Source: Candidatus Bathyarchaeia archaeon
GTDB lineage: Archaea; Thermoproteota; Bathyarchaeia; Bathyarchaeales; Bathycorpusculaceae
Length of the DNA stretch: 45,976 nt
NCBI GenBank assembly: GCA_037481775.1
Contig: JBBFKZ010000014.1
Location: 1-45,976, forward strand
Reading direction: 5' to 3'
A program made the translations under genes and the position numbers. This document shows positions 7,351-16,536 of the stretch, in pieces. Position 1 is the stretch's first letter. Every line of letters begins with the position of its first letter. The notes beneath the pieces were generated by a model. The model ran no database searches. It was given only the letters and a program-made list of their open reading frames with translations, and was not told where the DNA came from.

Positions 7351-9420
7351 TTGACAAAATTTGATGAGAAACATTGTCACAAATGGGCTTTACTACTGCG
7401 CGAAAGGCACGAGAAACTCAAGCAAGCGCTAGCCGCCATAACCCAAGAAGATTTTGGCAGCGCACGGCGATTGTTTTCTGAGGTCTTTTATGGCGTTTCC
7501 GGAAAGCATGCGGATCCTGGCATGGCTGGCTCTCTTCTATATCATATGGCTATGGTCACAAAGATGGAGACGGAAACGCGTTTACTTTTAACTGAACTGC
7601 GGATAGCACAGCCAGATGTTTCTAATGCTTTATCGCGCTTTCTTGGCGAGTTCGTTTCTGACATGTATGAGCTTACAAAAGGCTTTGCACCCTTAAATTT
7701 TGATCCAGCTTCTGTTGCCGCCAAAGCAAGCTTGAGTAACCATGAAAAAATTGACTTATTTACCAAACTAGACAAGAAAACCAAAACGTTAGAAGCTATT
7801 CTTGCCGGCCAGCAGCCTGAAGCAAGTAAGCATCTTGAAGGCTTATTCTTGGATTGGGCGAAGCATGTTGCTGAGATGCGTTTGCGGCAAGAATATGAAA
7901 CAATTAGGGGCTTCCTAATTACTGCTGAGTTAACAAAAGCTTTGGGCATTCAGCGCCTCAAAGATGCCATGATGAGGGTTCAAGAAAGGTTTGGTGAAGA
8001 AACTGTTCGTATTGCTTTAAACGTGACGCTGAAGGTTGGCATGCGCAGAGAAAAGCTTCAATCCATCATGCTAAGCGACCACTTCATCAATTATGCAATG
8101 AACGTTGAGCAGCTGGATGGGCGCATGCAGTTTCTGAATTGCCCAATTTTCGGAGGCCACAAGCGGATTTCAGAGGAACTAGGCCTAAGCGGTGAAATTG
8201 CATCTCTCTTCTGCACTCATTTCTGCTTTGCCCATGCAAAAGCCATGCTAAACACGGTTCTACCCTTCACTTTTGAACTGTGGCAGCCGCGACTGATGGC
8301 CAAGGATGGAATGTGCGAGTTTTACCTTAAACTTGCCTACTCGCCTGCCGCATCAGCGACGGAAAAGCATGTTCCACTTGTTTTATCTTGGAACTTTACG
8401 AGGAGATGCAACTTGAAATGCGCTCATTGCTACATAAACGCCACTACGCAGGAACTTGCTGATGAACTAACTACTGAGGAGTCAAAGCGTCTGATAGATC
8501 AGATCTGCGAAGTAAGCAGGCCGCTGCTCATCTTAAGCGGTGGCGAACCGCTTTTGCGCTCTGACGTTTATGAAATAATCAGCTACGGCGCTTCTAAAGG
8601 GTTAAAAATGGGCTTAGGCAGCAATGGCAGCCTCATAGATGATGCAGCAGCAAGGCGACTTAAAGATGCAGGCATAACCACGGTCTCAATCAGTTTGGAT
8701 TCGCATATTCCTGAGCAGCATGACGAGTTCCGGGGCGTAGCGGGCGCATGGGAGAAAGCTGTAGGCGCCATCAAAGCCCTAAGAGAAAACGGTGTACTCG
8801 TCCAAGTGAACACTACGGTGACGCAGCAGAATTACGATCAAATTGATGATATCATGTCGCTTGCCGAGTCGCTTGGTGTAGAAAACTTTCATCTGTTCTT
8901 TCTAGTGCCCACGGGTAGGGGCGCAAAAATTGCTGACATATCACCTGCTAAGTATGAAAGCATGATTAAAACAGTTTTTGCTAAGGCGGCGAGGCATAAG
9001 CTTAATGTGCGCCCTTCCTGCGCGCCCCAATTTATGCGGATAGCTAAGAACATGGGTTTGGACATGCGGCAGTGGATCCGCGGCTGCATTGCCGGGCTAT
9101 ACTATTGCCGTGTTTACGCGAATGGCGACATCACGCCCTGCCCGTATCTTCCAATCAAACTTGGCAATATCCGTGAAAAATCCTTCAAGGAAATATGGTT
9201 TGGCTCAGACATGTTCAAGGCGCTGCGGGACTTCAACGCTTTGAAAGGTAAATGCGGCATTTGTGAGTATAAGCTTGTATGCGGCGGCTGCCGTGCTCGT
9301 GCGTATGGGCTTTCAAGCGACTTCATCGACTACTGCGGCGATCTGCATGAGCCCGCCGAGGTAAGAGGCGATTATCTGGCTGAAGATCCATGGTGCATTT
9401 ATCAACCAATTAAGCCTTGA
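7351..9420 (+). CDS. Radical SAM/SPASM protein (AhbD/NirJ-like) with a ~340-aa N-terminal extension
   Basis: CNLKCAHC, SGGEPL, RPSCAPQF and the SPASM motif GCIAG...PCPY...KCGICEY...CGGCRARAY...DPWC. Confidence 0.85.
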   Translation: MTKFDEKHCHKWALLLRERHEKLKQALAAITQEDFGSARRLFSEVFYGVSGKHADPGMAGSLLYHMAMVTKMETETRLLLTELRIAQPDVSNALSRFLGEFVSDMYELTKGFAPLNFDPASVAAKASLSNHEKIDLFTKLDKKTKTLEAILAGQQPEASKHLEGLFLDWAKHVAEMRLRQEYETIRGFLITAELTKALGIQRLKDAMMRVQERFGEETVRIALNVTLKVGMRREKLQSIMLSDHFINYAMNVEQLDGRMQFLNCPIFGGHKRISEELGLSGEIASLFCTHFCFAHAKAMLNTVLPFTFELWQPRLMAKDGMCEFYLKLAYSPAASATEKHVPLVLSWNFTRRCNLKCAHCYINATTQELADELTTEESKRLIDQICEVSRPLLILSGGEPLLRSDVYEIISYGASKGLKMGLGSNGSLIDDAAARRLKDAGITTVSISLDSHIPEQHDEFRGVAGAWEKAVGAIKALRENGVLVQVNTTVTQQNYDQIDDIMSLAESLGVENFHLFFLVPTGRGAKIADISPAKYESMIKTVFAKAARHKLNVRPSCAPQFMRIAKNMGLDMRQWIRGCIAGLYYCRVYANGDITPCPYLPIKLGNIREKSFKEIWFGSDMFKALRDFNALKGKCGICEYKLVCGGCRARAYGLSSDFIDYCGDLHEPAEVRGDYLAEDPWCIYQPIKP

Positions 9421-9445
9421 GAAAAACGCATACGTGCACAGCGTG

Positions 9446-9460
9446 CAGAAACTTATTTAA
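9446..9460 (+). promoter_or_regulatory. BRE/TATA promoter
   Basis: CAGAAAC-TTATTTAA, about 23 nt upstream of the end-paired element starting at 9483. Confidence 0.55.
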
Positions 9461-9482
9461 GCAGTATAAGGCACCTCAGTAA

Positions 9483-9687
9483 AAGTTAAGGAGTGCACTT
9501 TGAAGTGGATCTTGGCAGCCCGCAAGCGCTCACGCCATCGGCAGGGTGCCTGTGGATAGCCGAAAAAGGACGCCGTTTAGAAGGAGCGAAAGATGAAGTG
9601 GCCTCAATTTGCCTACTGCCAATTCGAATTTTCAGAAGCGATAGCGCTCCACAAAACTGCCATGGCTTGCCCTAATTCACTTAACTT
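9483..9687 (+). ncRNA. Candidate ~205-nt structured ncRNA or leader upstream of mgtE
   Basis: The 5' and 3' ends pair (9483-90/9680-87). Inner helices are 9522-25/9667-70, 9534-38/9662-66, 9540-44/9657-61 and 9551-56/9648-53. A T-rich tract follows. Confidence 0.6.
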
Positions 9688-9697
9688 CAAACCATGT

Positions 9698-9740
9698 AAT
9701 TTTTCAATTTTTCTTGTTCCGCCTGCTTTTTCCTTTCTTA
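9698..9740 (+). terminator. T-rich archaeal terminator-like tract
   Basis: Successive T runs directly after the end-paired element. Confidence 0.4.
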
Positions 9741-9771
9741 ATTGCGGCTTAACTTTGGGGGAGACTGGAGC

Positions 9772-10971
9772 ATGACACACGCGGGCATGTCAAAAAGTTT
9801 CTGGGGGATGTTCAAGGAGATCTCCTTAGCTTATTTTTTTGATTTAGGCGGAATATTTGCAGGTTTTATGATAGCTTCTCAACTCAGCATCTTCCAGCTT
9901 TCGCCATGGGCTATAGCCATTTATCCAGCGATTGTAAGCGCGAAAGGCGTTATCGGCGGTTTACTTAGCGGTCGATTGGGCACAGCTTTACATTTAGGAA
10001 CTGTTTATCCAAGATTTTTAAAGAATACAAAAACCTTTTATGAACTGATTCAAGCTCTAATCGTTATAACTTTGGCAACAAGCGTTGCAATGAGTTGTGT
10101 TTCTTTAATTTTTGGTTCTCTGTTTTGGGGAATAACCTTTACCGAGTTTCCATCCATCTTAGCCGTTGTCTTGGCAACCATGGCTTTGGGTTTGATTATT
10201 ACTTTGCTGACGATTAAGGTGGCTTTCATATCTTTTTCACGCGGTTTAGATCCTGACATTGTAGTTTATCCAGTAATGTCCACCACTGCAGACATTATCA
10301 TAACGCTCTTTTACATCGCAGTGCTCAACATTTTCTTCTTCGATTTTCTAGGTCCATGGATAATCACCTTGATAGCTCTCATTCACGTTTTCCTCGTGCT
10401 TTACATCTTGCCCAAGAATTTACACCAACTCGAGTTTATCAAAACCATTAAAGAATCCATGGTTACGCTGCTGTTTGTAGCCTTCATCGTCAACGTAACT
10501 GGCACTGTTCTTAAGGGCATAAGCAATTTTGTGGAAAGCCGCAAAGAGGTTTACACAGTATATCCTGCTTTGATTGACATGGTTGGCGATGTTGGCTCCG
10601 TGGTTGGTTCTACAGCCACAACAAAACTTGCCTTAGGCTTGCTTTCCCCCTCTTTCTCTTCGATCAGAAACCATGTAAAGAACATTTTCAGCGCCTGGGC
10701 CGCCTCAATTATGATGTTCATTATTTTGGCAGTTTTATCTCTTTCAATGCTTGGAATGCTCTCATTAACTTCTTTTCTAAATCTTATTATGATCCTACTC
10801 ATCACCAACGTGATCGCTGTGGCTACAATAACTCTTGTATCTTATGCAGTTTCAATATTAACTTTCAGTCGAGGTCTAGACCCCGACAACTTTGTTATTC
10901 CACTTGAGAGTTCCCTTGCCGACAGCCTAACCACAATCTCCCTACTAATAGCCCTGATTATGGTGGGGTAG
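9772..10971 (+). CDS. MgtE/SLC41-like divalent cation transporter (two MgtE membrane domains)
   Basis: RLGTALHLG and two RGLDPD...P...D motifs. ATG at 9772 follows GGAG. Confidence 0.85.
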   Translation: MTHAGMSKSFWGMFKEISLAYFFDLGGIFAGFMIASQLSIFQLSPWAIAIYPAIVSAKGVIGGLLSGRLGTALHLGTVYPRFLKNTKTFYELIQALIVITLATSVAMSCVSLIFGSLFWGITFTEFPSILAVVLATMALGLIITLLTIKVAFISFSRGLDPDIVVYPVMSTTADIIITLFYIAVLNIFFFDFLGPWIITLIALIHVFLVLYILPKNLHQLEFIKTIKESMVTLLFVAFIVNVTGTVLKGISNFVESRKEVYTVYPALIDMVGDVGSVVGSTATTKLALGLLSPSFSSIRNHVKNIFSAWAASIMMFIILAVLSLSMLGMLSLTSFLNLIMILLITNVIAVATITLVSYAVSILTFSRGLDPDNFVIPLESSLADSLTTISLLIALIMVG

Positions 10972-11035
10972 TGTCATAAAAGTATAATTAAAATATTGCA
11001 TGGTCAATATATAACATGGGGCGTCTCTCAAAAGC

Positions 11036-11650
11036 ATGCCAAAATTTGAAAAAATAGAATACAAGCCCATTCCTGTCCGTGAACTTCTACTGGAAATGAA
11101 AAACCTCTCCGAGCTCATGATTGACTTGGCTTATTCAGCTGCTTTATTTAACGACAAAGATCTCGCCGAGGATGTTCTGGAGCTGGAAAGCCGCATTGAC
11201 ACCTTGGCTTACCTCTTAGATATTGAGATTATGATTGCAGCCAGAGACGCAAAGGACGCGGAAAGCCTGATAGGTGTTTCTACGGTGGCCGCTGCAGCAG
11301 ATAAAATCTCTGATGCTGCCGCTGACATTGCGGCTATAGTAACGCGTAAAATCGGCGTGCATCCCATAGTCGGCGAGATCTTCGAAAAAGTTGAAGAGCG
11401 CCTCATGAAGGCAACAGTTAAAGAAGGCTCCGAAATAATCGGGAAACAGATAGGCGAGCTTAATTTAGCGTCAGAAATGGGTGTTGACATAATTGCTATT
11501 CGCCGAAATAAAGATTGGATAATAAATCCAAGTAAGAGGGAGCGCATCTTCCTCGGGGATGTTCTGATAACACGAGGCGCCCCACTGGGCATTAGCGAAT
11601 TTAAGTTGCTTGTTGAAGGTCACCCATCACAAGCGGAGGCTTCTGCATGA
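11036..11650 (+). CDS. PhoU + TrkA-C (RCK-C) domain protein
   Basis: MKNLSELMIDLAYSA PhoU-like helices and C-terminal GVDIIAIRR...GDVLI. Confidence 0.85.
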   Translation: MPKFEKIEYKPIPVRELLLEMKNLSELMIDLAYSAALFNDKDLAEDVLELESRIDTLAYLLDIEIMIAARDAKDAESLIGVSTVAAAADKISDAAADIAAIVTRKIGVHPIVGEIFEKVEERLMKATVKEGSEIIGKQIGELNLASEMGVDIIAIRRNKDWIINPSKRERIFLGDVLITRGAPLGISEFKLLVEGHPSQAEASA

Positions 11651-12240
11651 CTGCGCTGAAGTATTTCGAGGAAATTGTGGAGCGCTTTGTAGAGCTGAAG
11701 AATACCTCTGAGCTTATGATTGATTTGGCTTACTCCGCGCTTATGCTAAACAGTAAAGAATTAGCCGAGGAAGTGCAGCGTCTCGAAGAATATGTGGATC
11801 AGTTGCATACTGATTTTGAGCTTCTGGCTTTGAAGAGCGATTTTAAGAAAGAAGAAGCATCTGGCTTTTTAGGGCTTATCAGGCTGGGTGTGGCAACCGA
11901 AAAAATTGCAGACGCCGCCGCGGAGATGGGCGAGGTTGTTTTAAGGGGTATTGAGCCACATCCCATACTAAAATTGGCCATACGGGAAGCGGAGGAAACT
12001 GTTACTCAAGTATGCGTGACTGAGGGTTCACCTCTTATGAACCGAACTTTGAAGGAGGCACGGGTGCATGAGGAGACAGGCATGTGGGTTCTGGTCATAA
12101 GGCGCGGTGAAAAAAGCCTGCGACCTAAACCTGATACCGTTATTCAGTTGGGCGACATCTTGATAGCTTCAGGTTACGCTGAAGGTGTTGATGCCTTTAA
12201 AAAGCTTGCTTCACCAGAACGCGTCTGCGATCTTGAGTAA
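11647..12240 (+). CDS. PhoU + TrkA-C (RCK-C) domain protein, paralogue
   Basis: LKNTSELMIDLAYSA and ETGMWVLVIRRG...GDILIASG. ATGA overlap with the previous gene. Confidence 0.85.
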   Translation: MTALKYFEEIVERFVELKNTSELMIDLAYSALMLNSKELAEEVQRLEEYVDQLHTDFELLALKSDFKKEEASGFLGLIRLGVATEKIADAAAEMGEVVLRGIEPHPILKLAIREAEETVTQVCVTEGSPLMNRTLKEARVHEETGMWVLVIRRGEKSLRPKPDTVIQLGDILIASGYAEGVDAFKKLASPERVCDLE

Positions 12241-12297
12241 TTCAAATACTTATTTCAATTTCATTAATACTATAAATGTGGAAGCCGCAATTTTTCT

Positions 12298-12690
12298 GTG
12301 GGAGGGTTATCTATCTCCGAAATTGAAGCAAAAACCCGAAAGAGTAGTGTGTTTACTTGCCAGAATATTTCGTGCGGTAAAGTTTTCGCTAAACCTATTA
12401 GAGTTTTAAATCTGCAACAAGCCTCTCAGACACCGTATGATGCATGTCCATACTGCTTAACTAAAATAATGCCAATTGAAGATGAAGTGAATGTTACGTT
12501 TGATGAAGCCAAAGAAACCGCGGCGGAAGAGAAAGTGCCCACAGAAGAGCCTGTTGAAACTCGCGAAAAGCCTTCCAGCTGCAGTTATTACTTGGGTTAT
12601 TTAAGTGAGCGCTCTTCCAAGGATACGATTCCCGATGAATGCATGACGTGCAAGAATATAGTTGAATGTATGTTAAGGAAAGCAAAGTAG
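12298..12690 (+). CDS. Cys-rich hypothetical protein (two putative Zn sites)
   Basis: CxxxxC...CPYC and C...CMTC...C separated by an acidic linker. Start uncertain. Confidence 0.7.
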   Translation: MGGLSISEIEAKTRKSSVFTCQNISCGKVFAKPIRVLNLQQASQTPYDACPYCLTKIMPIEDEVNVTFDEAKETAAEEKVPTEEPVETREKPSSCSYYLGYLSERSSKDTIPDECMTCKNIVECMLRKAK

Positions 12691-12765
12691 GTTGTCTGAT
12701 CGTGATACACACACTTTCTTTTAAGTCTTTAATCGGTTTTTCTAAAAAATAGCTAGGAGAAGTTA

Positions 12766-13143
12766 TTGTTGGCTATCCCTTCACAAGAAACCGTTCCAGA
12801 CGCAGTCGTCACTTCAGCGTTACCTCAACTAAAAAAATTGAATGCTGAAGCGGTTACAACTATAGCTACTGCTTTTTTGAAGAGGCTCGGTCACAAAGGC
12901 ATCTTGAAGCCTAAGCGGGTTGCTTTGGAAGGCGAGGTTTACACGGTTGAAGTTGAAACAAAAAGATTTACTGCTGTTGTTCGCATAGATGCGTCGGCTC
13001 ATGAAATTAAAGAGTATGATGTGCAGCCTAAAGTTGAGGAAAACGTTTTTTCGTTTTCGCCTAAGCTTATTTTAACGGTGTTTGTTATATCTGCTATAGT
13101 CGATGCGGTGCTATATTTTGCTTTTAAAATGCTTGGTGTATAG
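12766..13143 (+). CDS. Hypothetical protein with C-terminal TM anchor
   Basis: AGGAG RBS, a beta-rich core and a hydrophobic C-terminus. Confidence 0.65.
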   Translation: MLAIPSQETVPDAVVTSALPQLKKLNAEAVTTIATAFLKRLGHKGILKPKRVALEGEVYTVEVETKRFTAVVRIDASAHEIKEYDVQPKVEENVFSFSPKLILTVFVISAIVDAVLYFAFKMLGV

Positions 13144-13232
13144 CGTTTTATTTAAAAAATATTGACCAAATAATTATTTTCAAAAATAAAAAAAACTAAT
13201 AAAAGGATTATTTTTATTGTTAAATTTGGGAG

Positions 13233-13550
13233 CTACGGTTTCTTCTTTTTTTCTTCAGGCGCTTCTGAAGTCTTTGTTTCCTCTGTCTTTTCTTCCATCT
13301 CAGCAGTGATTTCTTCGATGGGTTTTGGCGGCGGTGTCGTAGCCATTGTCCAGCCTATCCATGCTCCTATGAGGAGTACGGCAATGAACGCTATGAATAC
13401 AGGTATTGCGACTACCCATAATTGTGGAAATTCGTAATCAAGTCCGATCCATTGCGGCCAGTTTGGAACAAACAGCGATAGTGTATAGCCTATAGCGACA
13501 AGTAAGCAGACAACTAATATTGCTCCACCTATTGCTTGATCTTTACTCAA
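13233..13550 (-). CDS. Conserved archaeal small membrane protein
   Basis: Two TM helices followed by WIGWTMATTPPPKPIEEI, with a GGTGA RBS. Confidence 0.75.
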   Translation of the reverse strand: MSKDQAIGGAILVVCLLVAIGYTLSLFVPNWPQWIGLDYEFPQLWVVAIPVFIAFIAVLLIGAWIGWTMATTPPPKPIEEITAEMEEKTEETKTSEAPEEKKKKP

Positions 13551-13625
13551 AGCTTTTCACCACTTATAGGGCATGTTTATATTCTTAATCCATTTAAAGT
13601 TTACCATTAAGGCTGATATACTTTG

Positions 13626-14882
13626 CTATGTGGTTCCCATTTCCCATGTAGCCAAGTATTTCCTCTGTTCAGACGTGAGCTCGTCGATTTTTATTCCCAT
13701 TGCCTTCAGCTTCAGTTCAGCAACGGTTTCATCTATGTCTTTTGGGACCGTGTAAACTTTCGGCGGCATCTTCGCGTTTTTGGCGATGTACTCCACGCAT
13801 AGCGCTTGATTCGCAAAGGACATGTCCATAACCTCTGATGGATGTCCCTCAGCAGCAGCCAAGTTCACCAGTCTTCCCTCGGCTAAAAGGTAAAGTCTCC
13901 TTCCATTCTGCAGCGTATACTCCTGCAGGTTTGGTCTTACCGTCCTTTTTGCTGCCGCTAAATCTTCTAAATCTTTCAAGTTAATTTCCACGTTGAAGTG
14001 TCCGCTGTTCGCGATTATGGTCCCGTCTTTCATTTTCTGCATATGCTCTTTCCTTATCACGTTGATGTCGCCTGTGGCTGTGACGAATATATCCCCCACT
14101 TCGGCTGCCTCTGCAATTGGCATAACGCGCAGTCCGTTCATTGCTGCTTCCAAGGCTCTGAGCGGATTAGTTTCCGTTACTATCACGTTTGCACCCATTC
14201 CCTGCGCACGCATCGCTATGCCTCTTGAGCACCAGCCGTAGCCGCAAACCACAAAGGTTTTGCCTGCCAAAAGCGTGTTTGTGGCTCTTAGAATTCCGTC
14301 TATGGTGCTCTGTCCTGTTCCATATCGATTGTCAAAGAGATATTTTGTGTAGGCATCATTTACAGCTATGATCGCGTACTTGAGACTTCCAGTTTTCTCC
14401 ATTGCCCGTAGCCGCAGCACACCTGTGGTGGTCTCTTCTGTTCCGCCCTTAACATTCGCCAATTCCGCCGTTCGTTTGCTGTGCAACGTACCGACGAGGT
14501 CAGCTCCGTCGTCGAGGGTTATCACCGGCTTGTAATTTAACACCTTGTTTATGCACCAATAGTATTCTTCAGTGGTCTGTCCGCGCTGTGCAAAAACGTG
14601 GACGCCTTTCTCCGCCAATGCTGCGGCGACATCGTCTTGTGTGGAAAGCGGGTTTGAACCGCACAGGGCGACCTTCGCGCCTCCAGCCATTAAAGTGTCA
14701 ACTAAAACCGCAGTCTCCTTCGTCACATGCAAGCAGGCACCCAATGTCAAGCCTTTCAACGGTTGCTCTTTGATGAATCTCTGTTTGATCTGGTTCAGAA
14801 CAGGCATATGCGCTGAAGCCCACTCGATTTGCAAGTGACCTTGCGGCGCCAACTTTTCATCTTTAACTTGAAATTCCTTCAT
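13626..14882 (-). CDS. ahcY: Adenosylhomocysteinase
   Basis: [25 protein letters not shown] and [11 protein letters not shown] motifs. Confidence 0.97.
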   Translation of the reverse strand: MKEFQVKDEKLAPQGHLQIEWASAHMPVLNQIKQRFIKEQPLKGLTLGACLHVTKETAVLVDTLMAGGAKVALCGSNPLSTQDDVAAALAEKGVHVFAQRGQTTEEYYWCINKVLNYKPVITLDDGADLVGTLHSKRTAELANVKGGTEETTTGVLRLRAMEKTGSLKYAIIAVNDAYTKYLFDNRYGTGQSTIDGILRATNTLLAGKTFVVCGYGWCSRGIAMRAQGMGANVIVTETNPLRALEAAMNGLRVMPIAEAAEVGDIFVTATGDINVIRKEHMQKMKDGTIIANSGHFNVEINLKDLEDLAAAKRTVRPNLQEYTLQNGRRLYLLAEGRLVNLAAAEGHPSEVMDMSFANQALCVEYIAKNAKMPPKVYTVPKDIDETVAELKLKAMGIKIDELTSEQRKYLATWEMGTT

Positions 14883-15040
14883 GGCATTTTCCTTCTTTTC
14901 AGAAAAGAATTGCCGCCTAACTATTTAGCTTTGTCTTCATAATGAAGCGCTAACAGCACGTTTACGGTTTTCTCTTGCTTTTTCTCGCTGGAAAAGTTTA
15001 ATTATGTTTTCACGTCAAATCCTCTTTGAGAGGATAAAGG

Positions 15041-15646
15041 TTGAGAGAACCTTTTGCCGAATTCGTCAAGAAAGAGCTCGGCTCAAACGTTTTGCTAATC
15101 ACCTGCGGGTTGCCTGGGACCTGGAAAACCGAGACCTCCGAGGAAATCTCGAAAATCAAGGGATATCCGATTCTCAGGAGCGATTTGATCCGATTGGAAG
15201 TTCTCAAGAACGAAGACGTGTTTGACCCAAAGGTTGCAGGGAACATGAACAAGCGTTTATCTGTCTATGATGAGATGTTTCGCAGAGCCGAGGAGCTTGC
15301 GGGCAAAAGCAAGCAAGGCTTTATTTTAGACGCCACCTTCGTCACCCAGGATCTGCGGAGACGTGCTGCTGAAATCGCCGCTAAGCACGACATGACTTTC
15401 GTTATTCTTGAAACTCACTGTTCCGAAGAGGCGTCCATTAATCGGATTCTTAGACGAACAAAGGAGAATTACGAGTCAAACGCTTTGACCAAGGAAGCCT
15501 ATTACAACAACAAGAGCAAGTTTGAGCCCGTTGACGTAGATGACTTGAAGAAGCGTTTCCCACAGCTTAGCATTGTGCATTTCACCGTGGACACGGAACA
15601 TGACGCTCCAGAGGATTGGTACATCATAGATGTGGAGAAAAAGTAG
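15041..15646 (+). CDS. P-loop kinase (AAA_33/COG0645-like)
   Basis: Variant Walker A GLPGTWKT, plus LRSDLIR and ILDATF. Confidence 0.8.
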   Translation: MREPFAEFVKKELGSNVLLITCGLPGTWKTETSEEISKIKGYPILRSDLIRLEVLKNEDVFDPKVAGNMNKRLSVYDEMFRRAEELAGKSKQGFILDATFVTQDLRRRAAEIAAKHDMTFVILETHCSEEASINRILRRTKENYESNALTKEAYYNNKSKFEPVDVDDLKKRFPQLSIVHFTVDTEHDAPEDWYIIDVEKK

Positions 15647-15660
15647 CTAGGCCCTTTCAG

Positions 15661-16527
15661 ATGATAATCGATCTGCATATCCATTCCAAACATTCTGACG
15701 GCGCTTTGACCGTTGAAGAAATTGTTAAGGAAGCTAAACGACGAAATATAGGCTTTACGGCGATTACTGATCATGATTCCATCGACTGCCAGCCAGCCGC
15801 TATCGAAGCTGCCGCAAAAGCTGGGATTCGTTATGTTTCAGGCGTTGAATTAAACGTGACCTTTTCTCATCCCCTCTATCGGCAGGGCAAGCCAATATCG
15901 CTGGATTTTCTAGGCTACCAATTCAACGTAGATGACGAAGCGTTAAATGCCAAGCTTAAGCAGATGGCGCGTTACCGCGAGGAAAGAGCCGCCAAGATCC
16001 TAAGCAATCTAAACGCAGAATTTGAAAAGGAAGGCATCGCAAAACTGACCAAGTTTGATTTTGACGAGATCCAAGCCTCAGTTGACGGCGTTCTCGGACG
16101 GCCACACATTGCAGATTACCTTGTACGAAAAGGCATTGTTCAGAATAGGCAAGAAGCATTTGACCGTTACCTCGTGAAGTGCGACGTGCCAAAGTATCCA
16201 CTTTATCTCGAGGAAGCCTCCAAGCTTGTTAGAGATGCTGGCGGCAAAATCGTTCTAGCACATCCAAATGATCCACATGGAACATCACTTGTGGCGCTTA
16301 CCAAGTCACTGCATGAGCAGACACAAATAATCAAAGAGCGGATGCTGCCCTATATTGACGGCGTGGAATGCTGGCACATACGGAATGATGCAGAAACCAC
16401 TGCGCACTACCTGAGATTCGCAAAGGAACATGGATTACTTGTTACCGGCGGCAGCGACTGCCACCAGAAACCCATAGTCATGGGAACCGTAAAAATCCCA
16501 GAATACGTTGCTGAACAATTTAGTTAA
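15661..16527 (+). CDS. PHP-domain phosphoesterase (TrpH/YciV-like)
   Basis: DLHIHSKHSDG, AITDHD, GRPHIA, LAHP and TGGSDCH. The true start is likely the ATG at 15661. Confidence 0.9.
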   Translation: MIIDLHIHSKHSDGALTVEEIVKEAKRRNIGFTAITDHDSIDCQPAAIEAAAKAGIRYVSGVELNVTFSHPLYRQGKPISLDFLGYQFNVDDEALNAKLKQMARYREERAAKILSNLNAEFEKEGIAKLTKFDFDEIQASVDGVLGRPHIADYLVRKGIVQNRQEAFDRYLVKCDVPKYPLYLEEASKLVRDAGGKIVLAHPNDPHGTSLVALTKSLHEQTQIIKERMLPYIDGVECWHIRNDAETTAHYLRFAKEHGLLVTGGSDCHQKPIVMGTVKIPEYVAEQFS

Positions 16528-16536
16528 ACTCTGTGG

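Noticed and set aside
9483-9687. SRP RNA, RNase P RNA or a canonical M-box riboswitch
   Set aside because: No SRP helix-8 motif, no RNase P CR-I/CR-V, and only a few nucleotides of M-box resemblance.
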